From assembly GCA_963796275.1 (NCBI GenBank), contig CAWCKY010000007.1, positions 192,001 through 256,000 on the forward strand: DNA of 64,000 nucleotides. Direction: 5' to 3'. Below the pieces are notes generated by a model, which made no database searches, was not told the origin of the DNA, and worked only from the letters and a program-made list of their open reading frames with translations. This DNA comes from an uncultured Acidobacteriota bacterium (lineage in GTDB: Bacteria; Acidobacteriota; Blastocatellia; RBC074). The position numbers and the translations under genes were made by a program. Of this stretch, positions 53,801 through 63,390 are shown piece after piece (the stretch's first letter is position 1; each line of letters starts with the position of its first letter).

Positions 53801-54174
53801 TGCAGCAGCGGCGTCTGGCTATCGATGGTCACCGTCTCGGTGACCTCACCGATTTCGAGTGTGACGTCTATGCGCGGCTCTTCATTCACTTGCAGCGTGA
53901 TCCCGGTTACGCTCTTGCGTTTGAACCCTTTCACCTCGACCGCCATCGTGTACGTGCCCACCGGGAGCGAGTGCACTACATAAGAACCGCGGTTACCGGT
54001 CGTAACTTGCCGCTTCAGGCCGGTCTCTTTCTGCGTGACTGTGACATTGGCGTTGGCGATGGCATTTCCGCTCGAGTCCACCACCATACCGATAATTGTG
54101 GCAGTGGCTTGCGCCCATACATTTATCGCCGTCAATACTACGATACAGATGAGCAAAGTAATCTTGTGGTTCAA
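50872..54174 (-). CDS. TonB-dependent receptor, Oar type
   Basis: IPLNGRDFSQL, YSAEFG, DDWKI..LSLTLGLRYE, REIQFGLKLEF; TTG start with RBS aggagg. Confidence 0.93.
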   Translation of the reverse strand: MNHKITLLICIVVLTAINVWAQATATIIGMVVDSSGNAIANANVTVTQKETGLKRQVTTGNRGSYVVHSLPVGTYTMAVEVKGFKRKSVTGITLQVNEEPRIDVTLEIGEVTETVTIDSQTPLLQTESASVGQVIDNRYTTQIPLNGRDFSQLILLTPGAVTRPGGFDLTTGAASGSLGSGVAIGGRDAHNNFTIDGAANNARQFGNVALRPSIDVIQEFKVQTNSYSAEFGQAAFGQITLVTKSGTNQFHGSVFEFLRNDELDARNFFLPKRGQLNRNQFGGTIGGPIIKNRTFFLFNYEGLRERRGVEAFASVPPESWREGDFSGIDGLILRDPQNPDLQFSGNRIPVERIHQTARAALGLWAKPNAGTPGLAVNNLLVTHPNEVDDDQYTAKVDHQFSEKDRINVRYTRSARTEFVAATGAFTVTPLLPGFENINPPINEVAAINHTHIFKPNLLGEFRFSFTRSLFVAESVNTGDEGFYRQFGINNPIPGSRFEGAPTFAFQGITLTPYGDGDFVPQKDVSNEFNYAGAITWTKGDHSLKQGFSLTRFQQNTPGPITGFRRGQFVFRGDFTGHPFADFLLGLPFSGQRVVGNGVETGRSWWHSYYFNDDWKISPKLSLTLGLRYEYVSPLVDNLDRRSTFYPLTNAYGTGQGQQGQQGQIIVANSDEAESILGLDGVAARALYEADRNNFAPRVGFAYSANDKTVVRGGYGIFFTNSQNFINNFVINRRQPPFAETQQIISSAAPIDLADPFSNATAPSVIGTQNIDSKFREGYVQQWNLSVQRQLPGGIGVDVSYVGNKGTKLTELIFFNIPTPGPATTVAARRPFPRWGTALSLNSFVTSNYHALLTKAQKRFSSGLQFLASYTWSKAIDISSERGNGDRGGGFEGGNPRDLIGYFRGRSGFDIRHRFVVSYVYELPFGKNKAFLNGLPSAANWIVGGWDVSGITQFQSGFPVSVLMSGDQNGDGLAGDRPDLIGQPQINPGNPNCYIVDPRNPACGGGTATFALVPADNLRYGSAGRNILSGPGYKSWDISLSKNNRLSERVNLQLRAEFFNALNNVNFGQPNRSFNVNMPQFGTITTAGRPREIQFGLKLEF

Positions 54175-54185
54175 GGTGACCTCCT

Positions 54186-54248
54186 GTAGGGCGGGCTTCT
54201 AACTTGCCTTGTCTCCTGGATAGAGGGCAGGGAAGAATACCTGCCCTA
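54186..54248. repeat. GTAG-type REP-like inverted pair
   Basis: GTAGGGCGGG ... CCTGCCCTA, intergenic between divergent TBDR genes. Confidence 0.45.
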
Positions 54249-54576
54249 AACTCATTGCCGACCGAGGAAGGACTGTACCATACTAAATCTATTGTTCAGA
54301 GGAATCGCCCGTGTTACAGTCCATCCCCCCAATGAATTTAAGTAACATCAACACACCTATAAGCTAGAGCTGTATTTCATAAATTACTAATCGATAGAGT
54401 TAACGGCGAGATCGGCGAGTCTATTCCGCCGCAGAAAGCCGGGAATTCGCGGAATCCGAGCGCAGAAGTCGAACCTATGACGGGTCTGCGTTCGCTATTG
54501 CATTGTAATGTCACGCATCTTTACGTCGACATTAAATTAAATTATCGAGAACATACCTAAAAGGAGAAAGGACATC

Positions 54577-57500
54577 ATGCTACATCCGCATCGGATCCTA
54601 TTGTTATTGGTTCTCATGATTCTGCCGGGTGGTACGTCTTTAGCGCAAACATTTCGGGGCGTGATCTCGGGCAGCGTGACCGATATCTCTGGAGCCGCCA
54701 TTGCAGGCGCCAGGGTGCAGCTGGTCAATGAATCCACAGGGCTGAGCCGCAATCAGGAGACCACCTCTTCCGGTGATTTTTCTTTCTCCGAGTTACCGGT
54801 GGGCTTTTACACAATAACCATCAACAAGGAGGGATTCGAGGTCCGTAAGCTTCAGAAAGTTGAAGTGGCCGTCGGCAAGGTGACCAATCAGGCGATCACG
54901 CTCGGTTTGGGGCAAACCAGGGAGACTGTCGAGGTCCAGGCTACGGCTGCCACGTTGGAGACGACATCCTCCACGCTCAACGCGGTGGTGAATCAGCGCG
55001 CGGTGCAAGAGATTCCACTCAACGGGCGCGATTTTCGCACGCTGCTCTACCTTGCTCCAGGCTACACGCAGAGTAGATCGATGAATGGTAATCGCGCAAA
55101 TCAGAACAACTGGCAGATCGATGGCACGGATAACAACGATTTCTGGCAGAACTCCGAGGCCGTTAACCAGGGAAGCATCTCCGGCATTGCCGGGGTAACT
55201 CTGCCGATAGAATCGATCGACCAGTTCAACCAGCAATCGGCGGGGGGCGGCGACTTCGGACGCAACCCGGGGTCGATGGTCAACGTCGCACTCAAGTCCG
55301 GAACCAACCAATTTCACGGATCGACCTACTATTTCAATCGCAACGAATTTTTCGCCGCCAGGTCGCCGTTTGCCGCGGGCGATTCTTCCGGCAAACTTCG
55401 CAATGAACAGTATGGATTCTCGGTGGGCGGGCCGATCATCAAGAACCGGTTCTTCTTTTTCACCAATTACGAGAGACAGAAGTATGTTATCGGAAATCGA
55501 GTGCTGGCGACGGTGCCCTCAGATGCATGGTTCGACACGGCGCGGGGAATATTGTCGAGGTACAATGTGCCGGAGAATCCAGTGATGCTCACCACCTATT
55601 CGAATTTGTGGCCGTCGCGCAGCCGCTTGGCGCCAGCAACTGTCTCGAACTTCTTCTCGAACGACGACAATACGGGCGAGAGCAACAACGGCGTGATCAA
55701 GCTGGACTACAATCTCAGCGCGAACCACACGATCTCGGGGCGCGCATTTCTGGGGACAGGCGAAGCAGCACAGTATGCCGGTGGCTCGGTCTACCGGGAG
55801 TATTTTCAGGTGGTGCCCAGCCGGCAACACAACTATGCCGCGACGTTGACCAGCACACTTACGCCGCGCCTGGTCAACCAGGTGCTGGTTGGATTGAACT
55901 ACTTCAAACAGACTTTTGATGACGCCGATCATAGCGCCAATCCGCCCGCATGGGGCTTCAACACCGGCGTAACCGGTCCCTCAAACCTGGGCTCACCTAA
56001 CATCAATCTAACAGGCTTCGATAACGGCAGCGTCGGCATCACAGCGCAGCTCGGACGAACCGATGTTACCGGCCATGTAACCAACAACCTCTCATATAAC
56101 TTCGGCAGCCACGCGTTAAAGTTAGGCGGCGAGTTCCGGCGAGCCAAGCTCGATGTCGCTTATCTCCGCGAGGCGCGCGGGGCATTCACCTTCGACGGAA
56201 CCGCCGGACCATGGGCCTCTGATGTCACGCTCAGTGTGGCTGAGAGATCGATTGCGGATTATCTCGCCGGTTATCTCAAGCCCGGCTTCGGCTCAATCGC
56301 CACCGGCGATCCGCAGCGCGTTTACTACGTTAATTCATACGAAGGGTGGGCGCAGGACAACTGGCAGATAACGCCTCGCCTGAACATCAATTATGGCGTT
56401 CGTTATGCTTACAACGGGCGGTTTCATACGACGGGCAGCAAACCAATTGCGATCTTCGATCCCAACGCGCCGGGGGGCCTGTCGGTCGTCGGCCAGGATA
56501 TAGACGCGCTCTATCCCGCGGATTACAACAATTTCGCTCCGCGCTTCGGATTTGCGTTCACACCCAGCCGCGACAGCAAGTTGGTGATTCGCGGCCATTA
56601 TGGCGTCTATTACGACATCATCAATGGCAACCTCTTCGTCGACAACCGCGCCGGCTCGGATGGCGGGCGAGGCGTTTCGCGCCAACCGATAGGACCCGCT
56701 CCTGTCTTCAGCGTGAGCAGCCCGGGTACGGGTCCCGATGGTCTGGGCCCATTGGTTATCACACAAGGCCAATACATCTTCGGAAGCGCGGCAGGGCAGT
56801 CGGCATTCGCCGTCTATACCGTCAATCAGAATCTGAGTGCGCCTTACGTGCAGAATTTTGGGGTGGACACGCAGTATCAGCTGACCCGGAACGTGCTGCT
56901 GCATGCTGCCTACGTAGGGAACCAGGCGCGGAAGTTGGTATATACGCGCAACATCAATCAGATAGCGCCAAGCGCGGCGCTGGCGGACAACGCGCGGCGG
57001 CCGTTCTTCAGCCAGTTCCCGCAATTTATCGGCATCACAGAAATCGAGACTGCGGCCAATTCACATTACAACTCGTTGCAGGTCTCTTTCCGAACGACCA
57101 ATTGGCGCAACCTTAGCTCGCAATTCTCCTATACGCTCGGCCACGCCGTGGACGAAATGTCCGACCCACGTAATACCCGTCCAACTGACAACTTCAACCG
57201 AGGTTTCGACCGGGGCAACGCCAATTTCGACTACCGCCATATTTTCTCCGGCTATGTGCTCTATGACGTCCCGCAACTGGGAAGAAGGGTTCCGTTGTTA
57301 ACCAAGGGCTGGCAGATCAATACCTATATCACAGCTGACTCCGGCAGCCCTTTCACTGTCCTGGCTTCCGCCGATTTGAGTCACACGAGAAACGGTGCTG
57401 ACCGTGCTGATCAGACGGGCGATCCATTCCGGGGCATCACGCAACCGATGAGAGGCGTGCAGTGGTTCAATCCGAACGCTTTTACCAACCCAACGCCTGG

Positions 57501-57777
57501 CACCTATGGGACGACCAGGCGTAATGGCTTTTATGGGCCCAGTTTCACATCGGTAGACTTCTCGATCTTCAAAAATTTCGCGATCAAGGAGAATTACTCG
57601 CTTCAGTTCCGCGCAGAGATATTTAACGTCTTTAATCGAATGAACCTGGCGAATCCCAGCACGGCCATCGGGAATAACTTCGGGACAATTCTCTCGACTC
57701 GGCGGGGCGTGGATGCGCCCGGTATCGGTTTAGGTGAGCCTCGCAACGTTCAGTTCGCTCTCAAGTTCCTCTTCTAG
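54577..57777 (+). CDS. TonB-dependent receptor, Oar type
   Basis: QTFRGVISG, IPLNGRDF, QDNWQ..LNINYGVRY, RNVQFALKFLF. Confidence 0.93.
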   Translation: MLHPHRILLLLVLMILPGGTSLAQTFRGVISGSVTDISGAAIAGARVQLVNESTGLSRNQETTSSGDFSFSELPVGFYTITINKEGFEVRKLQKVEVAVGKVTNQAITLGLGQTRETVEVQATAATLETTSSTLNAVVNQRAVQEIPLNGRDFRTLLYLAPGYTQSRSMNGNRANQNNWQIDGTDNNDFWQNSEAVNQGSISGIAGVTLPIESIDQFNQQSAGGGDFGRNPGSMVNVALKSGTNQFHGSTYYFNRNEFFAARSPFAAGDSSGKLRNEQYGFSVGGPIIKNRFFFFTNYERQKYVIGNRVLATVPSDAWFDTARGILSRYNVPENPVMLTTYSNLWPSRSRLAPATVSNFFSNDDNTGESNNGVIKLDYNLSANHTISGRAFLGTGEAAQYAGGSVYREYFQVVPSRQHNYAATLTSTLTPRLVNQVLVGLNYFKQTFDDADHSANPPAWGFNTGVTGPSNLGSPNINLTGFDNGSVGITAQLGRTDVTGHVTNNLSYNFGSHALKLGGEFRRAKLDVAYLREARGAFTFDGTAGPWASDVTLSVAERSIADYLAGYLKPGFGSIATGDPQRVYYVNSYEGWAQDNWQITPRLNINYGVRYAYNGRFHTTGSKPIAIFDPNAPGGLSVVGQDIDALYPADYNNFAPRFGFAFTPSRDSKLVIRGHYGVYYDIINGNLFVDNRAGSDGGRGVSRQPIGPAPVFSVSSPGTGPDGLGPLVITQGQYIFGSAAGQSAFAVYTVNQNLSAPYVQNFGVDTQYQLTRNVLLHAAYVGNQARKLVYTRNINQIAPSAALADNARRPFFSQFPQFIGITEIETAANSHYNSLQVSFRTTNWRNLSSQFSYTLGHAVDEMSDPRNTRPTDNFNRGFDRGNANFDYRHIFSGYVLYDVPQLGRRVPLLTKGWQINTYITADSGSPFTVLASADLSHTRNGADRADQTGDPFRGITQPMRGVQWFNPNAFTNPTPGTYGTTRRNGFYGPSFTSVDFSIFKNFAIKENYSLQFRAEIFNVFNRMNLANPSTAIGNNFGTILSTRRGVDAPGIGLGEPRNVQFALKFLF

Positions 57778-57978
57778 AAAGGCGGCGACGGTATGTCTCG
57801 ATAGTGTTGGTGAAGTTAGAAGGAAGGTTCGCCGCGTAAGAGGCGAAGAAGGGGACATCGGTGCGTCTCAAGTGAGGGAGAAAATATTGGTCACCACCGG
57901 ATGCGACGGATATATGCGGATTAGATCCGACTTTCATCCGCCGCATCCGTGGGTTGATCGCCTAAATGACGATAGTGC

Positions 57979-59176
57979 CTAAGCCACCTTCACCAGACCG
58001 TGCGGATCTAGAACGAATTTCTTTGCCGCACCTTTGTCAAAGTCTTTGTATCCCTTGGGCGCATCATCCAGCTTGATGACTGTGGCGTTGACTGCCTTCG
58101 CGATCTTCACTTTTTCGTGCAAGATCGCCATCATCAATTGGCGGTGATACCGCATCACCGGGCACTGACCGGTGGTGAATGAGTGGGACTTCGCCCAGCC
58201 TAAACCGATCCTGATGCCCAATTGCCCGATCTTGGCATTCTCGTCGATTCCTCCGGGGTCTCCAGTAACGTATAGCCCCGGAATACCGATCTGACCGCCG
58301 GCGCGAGCAATTGTCATGACATCGTTCAACACCGTCGCCGGCGCCTCTCCTGCTCCCGAGCCGTGCCCGCGAGCTTCGAAGCCGACGCAATCGACGGCGG
58401 CATCGACTACCGGTTCCCCCGCGATCTTTTCGATCTGGTCGGCCAGGCTCGCTCCGGATTTGCAGATCCACCGTCTCACAACCGAAGCTCCGCGCCTGCG
58501 CTAATCGCTCGGGAATCATGTCGCCGACAATCACTAGCGCCGCTCCGAGCAATTGCGCGGAAGCAGCGCAGGCGAGTCCAACCGGGCCGGCGCCGGCGAC
58601 GTAGACCGTCGATCCGGGACCAACTCCGGCCGTAACCGCCCCGTGATAACCGGTGGGGAAGATATCTGAGAGCATGGTCAAGTCGAGAATCTTTTCCATC
58701 GCCTGATCCCGATCCGGAAATTTAAGCAGATTGAAATCAGCGTAAGGAATCATCACGTACTCGGCTTGCCCGCCTTTCCACCCACCCATGTCGACGTAGC
58801 CGTAAGCGGCTCCCGGCCGAGCAGGGTTGACGTTGAGACAAATGCCGGTCTTTCCCTCTTTACACATTCGACAGCGTCCGCAGGCGATGTTGAACGGCAC
58901 CGAGCAGAGATCGCCCACCTTGATGAACTCCACGTCGCGGCCGGCTTCGATCACCTCGCCGGTGATCTCATGGCCGAGAGTCTGCCCGACTGGTGCGGTA
59001 GTGCGTCCGCGCACCATATGCTGGTCGCTGCCGCAAATATTGGTCGAGACGACCTTGAGGATGACTCCGTGTTCGCATTTGCGATTCTGTTCCGGCAAAG
59101 TCAATTTGGGATACCCGATGTCCTGGACATCGACCTTTCCCGGTCCCTGGTAAACAACACATCGATTTCCTGCCAT
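57979..59176 (-). pseudogene. fdhA: Glutathione-independent formaldehyde dehydrogenase, frameshifted near 58463
   Basis: TNICGSDQH, GHE, CGRCRMC..C, DIFPTG, GAGPVG in one frame; AVDCVGFEARGHG...GLGWAKSH..TGQCPV...KKFVLDPH in another. Confidence 0.88.
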
Positions 59177-59431
59177 CGTATCGCTCCTTTCAGAAATTGT
59201 GCCTCAGCTTAGTTGATTTGATACCTCCACAAAAACGGTGTAATGGTCTGGCCAGGCGAGAAACCGGATTACGCGATAAATAAAAATAAACGAAGCATGC
59301 GAAAATACCCGAATTTCCTCATGTTTCGTTTACTTAGTTTGTATTCTATTTCTCTTCTGCCTCAGATATTAGATAGCACGGTTGATTGCAGAGGTACCGT
59401 TGAACTTACCTTGAAATCAATTTGCGAAGAT

Positions 59432-59827
59432 TTAAAATACTGCTGCTCCGGCTTCGGCGACCGCGTGATCCTGTTCACCTGAACCGCCGCTTACCCCAAT
59501 TGCTCCCACCACCGCTCCATTCTTTTTCAAAGGGATACCGCCAGCAAAGATCATCACACGTCCATCATTGGAAGCATGAATCCCGAAGAACTGGCTACCC
59601 GATTGGGCGTGCGGCGCCAGATCTTTGGTCGCAATATCGAAAGCGCGCGAGGTCCATGCTTTCTTGATTGAAATATCGACGCTGCCGATCCAGGCCCCGT
59701 CCATCCGAACGTGAGCCACCAGATTGCCGCCGGCATCAGCCACCGCAATATTCATCGGTTGGCCGATCTCTCCGGCCTTCTTTTCCGCCGCGGCGATAAT
59801 CCGACGAGCGTCATTAAGCGTGATCAT
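59432..59827 (-). CDS. GlcG/HbpS-family heme-binding protein
   Basis: NIAVADAGGNL...RMDGAW...KKAWTS...FAGGIPL...GAIGVSGG..EQD. Confidence 0.9.
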   Translation of the reverse strand: MITLNDARRIIAAAEKKAGEIGQPMNIAVADAGGNLVAHVRMDGAWIGSVDISIKKAWTSRAFDIATKDLAPHAQSGSQFFGIHASNDGRVMIFAGGIPLKKNGAVVGAIGVSGGSGEQDHAVAEAGAAVF

Positions 59828-59871
59828 AAAAACTCTCCTTCCAAAGTAAAATGTTTATTTCAGTTTATAAT

Positions 59872-60885
59872 TTAGCGCAATTGCGCCAGGTACGAAACGA
59901 GATATTGCAGTTCCTCGCCAGAAAATTGCATTACATTCGGCATTTTTACCCCGGGTTTGAGACCCTGGGCGTGTGTCACCCAGGCAGCGAGGTTTGCTTT
60001 GTCGTTTGTAAGAATATTGGCAGCCAGTCCTCGCCTGCTGGCTAAGTGTGTGAGATCGGGCGCTACACCGACTCCCGGAAGAGTCCCCCGGATAGTGTGA
60101 AAAAGAACGCAGGCCCGCGACATAAACAATTCCTGACCGCGGACCTCCTGGGGGGAACTGGGTATCGCGGCCGGCTCGAGCTGCTTTGCGCGCCAGGCCT
60201 CGAATTCGCTCGCGGTCTCGGCCACGACGACGATCCTCATGGCGGCATGCTGCGTTCCGCAGAACTCCGCGCACTTGCCCTGATACACACCCGGTTTGTC
60301 CGCCCGCAACAGCATCTTGTTCAATTGGCCTGGTATGAGGTCCACTTTCCCGCTCAGGTTCGGCACCCAGAAGGAATGTATCACATCGGCCGATGCGAGC
60401 TCGAGATGCACCGTCTGCCCCACGGGAATATGGATCTCGTTGGCTGTTGCAAAATAGTTATCTGGCGTGCCTTTGACGTATTTGACTTCCCACCACCATT
60501 GGTGCCCGATGAGGCGAATATCCGGAGCAGAGTTTTCTGCGTGATGGAGCGGGGATTCCTTCATCGCCCTCTGTCCCATAAAAAAGATGGTGGCGAGAAC
60601 TACCAAAGGGATGCCCAACCCTCCGATCAAAATCCACGGCCGCCCTCCTCCGGCATCTACCGGCTCGTGCTCATCGAACGTTCCACGCCTCCGAACGGCT
60701 ACCCACCAGAGCAGCACCCACATCACCAGAGCTACGGCGCTGAATACCGCGTAGACGAACCAGCTCAGGTTGGAGATGGATTCGGCCGCCGGGCCGGCCG
60801 GCTCGAGCGTTGATTGTGCCTGTGCGCATCCGGAGAAGGCGACCCAGAATAGAGTTGTGATGAATGTATATCTTGATGTTTTCAT
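59872..60885 (-). CDS. coxB: Cytochrome c oxidase subunit II with fused cytochrome c domain (heme motif mutated)
   Basis: GHQWWW, DVIHSFW, CAEFCGTQHAAM CuA motif; C-terminal domain reads CVLFH where CxxCH is expected. Confidence 0.85.
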   Translation of the reverse strand: MKTSRYTFITTLFWVAFSGCAQAQSTLEPAGPAAESISNLSWFVYAVFSAVALVMWVLLWWVAVRRRGTFDEHEPVDAGGGRPWILIGGLGIPLVVLATIFFMGQRAMKESPLHHAENSAPDIRLIGHQWWWEVKYVKGTPDNYFATANEIHIPVGQTVHLELASADVIHSFWVPNLSGKVDLIPGQLNKMLLRADKPGVYQGKCAEFCGTQHAAMRIVVVAETASEFEAWRAKQLEPAAIPSSPQEVRGQELFMSRACVLFHTIRGTLPGVGVAPDLTHLASRRGLAANILTNDKANLAAWVTHAQGLKPGVKMPNVMQFSGEELQYLVSYLAQLR

Positions 60886-61006
60886 GGTGTTGGTGGTTCA
60901 GGCTCAAGCGGTGTGCGCATCGATTTCGGCGATTGCATTCCTGTCCTGCGCGTATGGGTTCGCGCTCAAAGTCACCTGCTTTTGATTATCAGAACTCGTT
61001 GATGCA
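60882..61006 (-). pseudogene. Internally deleted cytochrome c remnant
   Basis: QVTLSANPYAQDRNAIAE joined directly to SMRTPLEPEPPTP*; stop overlaps the coxB ATG; heme-binding core absent. Confidence 0.45.
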
Positions 61007-61009
61007 TGC

Positions 61010-61294
61010 CTAATGCCCCACTGTCTGTTCACTGACATGTTTTTCGATGGGCACACCAAAGTTTCGCAGAAGCCGATCTATCTCCGATTTTCGGTGTTCC
61101 AGAACGGCATTCAGTTCGTCTCGCAAAGCCGTATCTTCTCGGCGAACTCCCATGCTGATGTCGAAGACGAACGAGAGAGATGGCGGATCCGTTGGTGGAG
61201 TGACGGGCGCCAGCTTCAACGGCACCCGCGAGCGCTTTGCCAAATATCCTGCGAGCGGTCCCCACGCGATAGCGATGTCGATATATCGACCGGT
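61010..61294 (-). pseudogene. C-terminal remnant of a MxaJ/XoxJ-type substrate-binding protein
   Basis: IDIAIAWGPLAGYLAK...FDISMGVRREDTALRDELNAVL......IDRLLRNFGVP; N-terminal two-thirds missing. Confidence 0.75.
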
Positions 61295-61764
61295 GCTTCA
61301 GCTCTTGCCTCACATCTCTAAAATAGTCACTATGACGATATAAATCTTTAAACGGCTATCAAAATTTTTCCAAATCTGTCTCAAAACGTATTTTCGTCAG
61401 CTTCTGCGGCCATTTTTTTTCAAAAATATGGCTGGTTAACTACTCGTGATCTGTCGCGAGCAGTCGGCGATATATCGTCATTCTCGTTATATATCGCAAC
61501 CGTTTTTCTTCTTCCTCGGCGACAATTTGGGCGGGGAAAATATTCTTATTTTTTGCAAAGCGTAGAAGTTACATACATATTGGGCTGCTATTGCCAACCG
61601 CGGCAGAGCATTTGCTCGCAATGCTTGTGTTACCGGTGCTAAAGGATTACTGGTTCGGAAGGTCTATCATCCCGACACGATGGTATACCCGCGGGGCGAG
61701 CGGCTGCCGCGATCAAAAACGCGATCAAGACCGCGATCAAGACAATGATACAGGAGAGCACGAG

Positions 61765-62337
61765 ATGACCTGGATTCGCACTATACCGATGGAAGAAGCC
61801 GGCGAAACGCTGCGCAGCTTGATGGAGCGGCAGCGTGCGTTATATCCGGTGGAGTACGCGTCGCCGGCCTCGCCCGGCGGCGACAGCATCGTCTCAGCGC
61901 ATACCTTGATGCCGGAGACGCTCTATCACATCTTCTCCGCGTTCGGCGAGATGATGTCGCCCAATCTGCCATTGAGCCGGGCTCAGCACGAAATGATCGC
62001 GACGATTGTTTCGGTCGAAAACCGCTGTTTTTATTGAGTGGAGTCGCACGCAGAGTTTCTGCGTATGGTAACGTTGGATGATTCGTTGATCGCTGCGCTG
62101 CGCGAAGATTATACGAAAGCCTCCCTCACCGAAGCCGATCGCGCCATGTTGGATTACGTAGTGCAACTGACCCGGGACGCAACTCGCCTGACGCCGCAAG
62201 ACCATGATAAATTGCGTGCAGCTGGTTTTGACGAACTGGCAATCTTGCAAATTACACTGATTGCATCCTGGTTCAATTACATCAACCGCGTCGCCGACGC
62301 GCTGGGCGTTGGTCGCGGGAAGAGAGAAGACTGGTAA
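61765..62337 (+). CDS. AhpD/carboxymuconolactone-decarboxylase-like peroxidase, predicted selenoprotein (in-frame UGA 62035-62037)
   Basis: RBS aggag; one frame reads ...[30 protein letters not shown]...[15 protein letters not shown]; stop at the second Cys position of CxxC; SECIS-like hairpin follows. Confidence 0.8.
62048..62064 (+). promoter_or_regulatory. Candidate bacterial SECIS element
   Basis: ACGCAGA-GTT-TCTGCGT stem-loop starting 11 nt after the UGA, with G at the start of the loop. Confidence 0.6.
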
Positions 62338-62603
62338 TCTACTAAACCCTGGAAGACCTCTCATTTCATAAGAGCGTCCACGGTTTCCGCTGCGCTCCAA
62401 ACCTTCTTCATCGCAGCATGGGGAAGAAATTGGAGCTTAGGTGCACAGTTCCTGGTAATAGTAAGCCAACCGACTCCAACCAACCCTGGATACCAGCTGT
62501 AACCACTCCAGGTAAAAGCGATAGTTTAATGCGATTGGCTTACAGGGCGTCATAGAACCTTAAAACAAACAGTAAGCTACGATGCCAACGTAGGAGATGA
62601 TAG

Positions 62604-63203
62604 ATGTCAACATTGAGTAAACAGAGTCTACTTTCTGAATCAATAGACGCTCCCGGCTTTTATGAAAGAATCAATCGGGAATTGCACAAACCCGCCCTTC
62701 AGCTCTTTATGTTAATTGTGCTCGCGCATTGGGCTGAACATCTGGTTCAAGCAGTTCAGGTCTACCTTCTCAATTGGCCGCTACCGGAAGCCCGCGGGGT
62801 TCTCGGAATGTGGTTCCCGTGGTTGATCAAATCAGAGGCGCTCCATTATTTCTACGCCCTGGTGATGCTCATCGGTATCTGGACGCTTCGCAGGGGATTT
62901 CAGGGCAGGGCATATAAATGGTGGATTATCTCCTTCGGTATACAATTCTGGCATCATATCGAGCATGGATTGCTTCAGGGACAGGCCATCGCCGGGCACA
63001 ATCTCTTCGGTTCTCCGGTTCCGATCAGTATCGCGCAACTTTGGATCCCCCGCGTTGAGCTGCACCTTTTTTACAACACCATAGTTTTCATCCCGATGAT
63101 CCTGGGGATGTACTACCACATGTTCCCTCTTCAGGGAGAAACGACCGGGCACGGTTGTTCCTGCGCCTGGCGGGAGAAATCAGCCGACGCATGTTCCGTT
63201 TAA
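62604..63203 (+). CDS. His-rich integral membrane hypothetical protein
   Basis: HWAEH, EALHY, FWHHIEH, ELHLFYN motifs in about 4 TM helices; RBS aggag. Confidence 0.8.
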   Translation: MSTLSKQSLLSESIDAPGFYERINRELHKPALQLFMLIVLAHWAEHLVQAVQVYLLNWPLPEARGVLGMWFPWLIKSEALHYFYALVMLIGIWTLRRGFQGRAYKWWIISFGIQFWHHIEHGLLQGQAIAGHNLFGSPVPISIAQLWIPRVELHLFYNTIVFIPMILGMYYHMFPLQGETTGHGCSCAWREKSADACSV

Positions 63204-63390
63204 ATGACGCAAACAGATGACAGAAAATGGTGGCCGGTCGCCGATTCATTGCAGTTTAAATGTCGAATTAATCTGGTGTCGCCAACCTTGATGTGATGTC
63301 AGTTTATCGCTACCGCTTCATCGGTTATTCGATTTATGAAACTCGTTCTCAGCAATTCCGCAGTGCCCGAAACCTTTATCCCTGAAATCA

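Noticed and set aside
61591-61764. N-terminal extension of the AhpD-like ORF with RDQ repeats
   Set aside because: The AGGAG RBS precedes ATG 61765; the upstream part is a low-complexity CGCGATCAA repeat.
62035-62037. Genome-wide UGA reassignment to Trp or Gly
   Set aside because: Many intact genes here end in TGA at their expected C-termini (e.g. TBDRs at 7719 and 24313), so any recoding must be site-specific.
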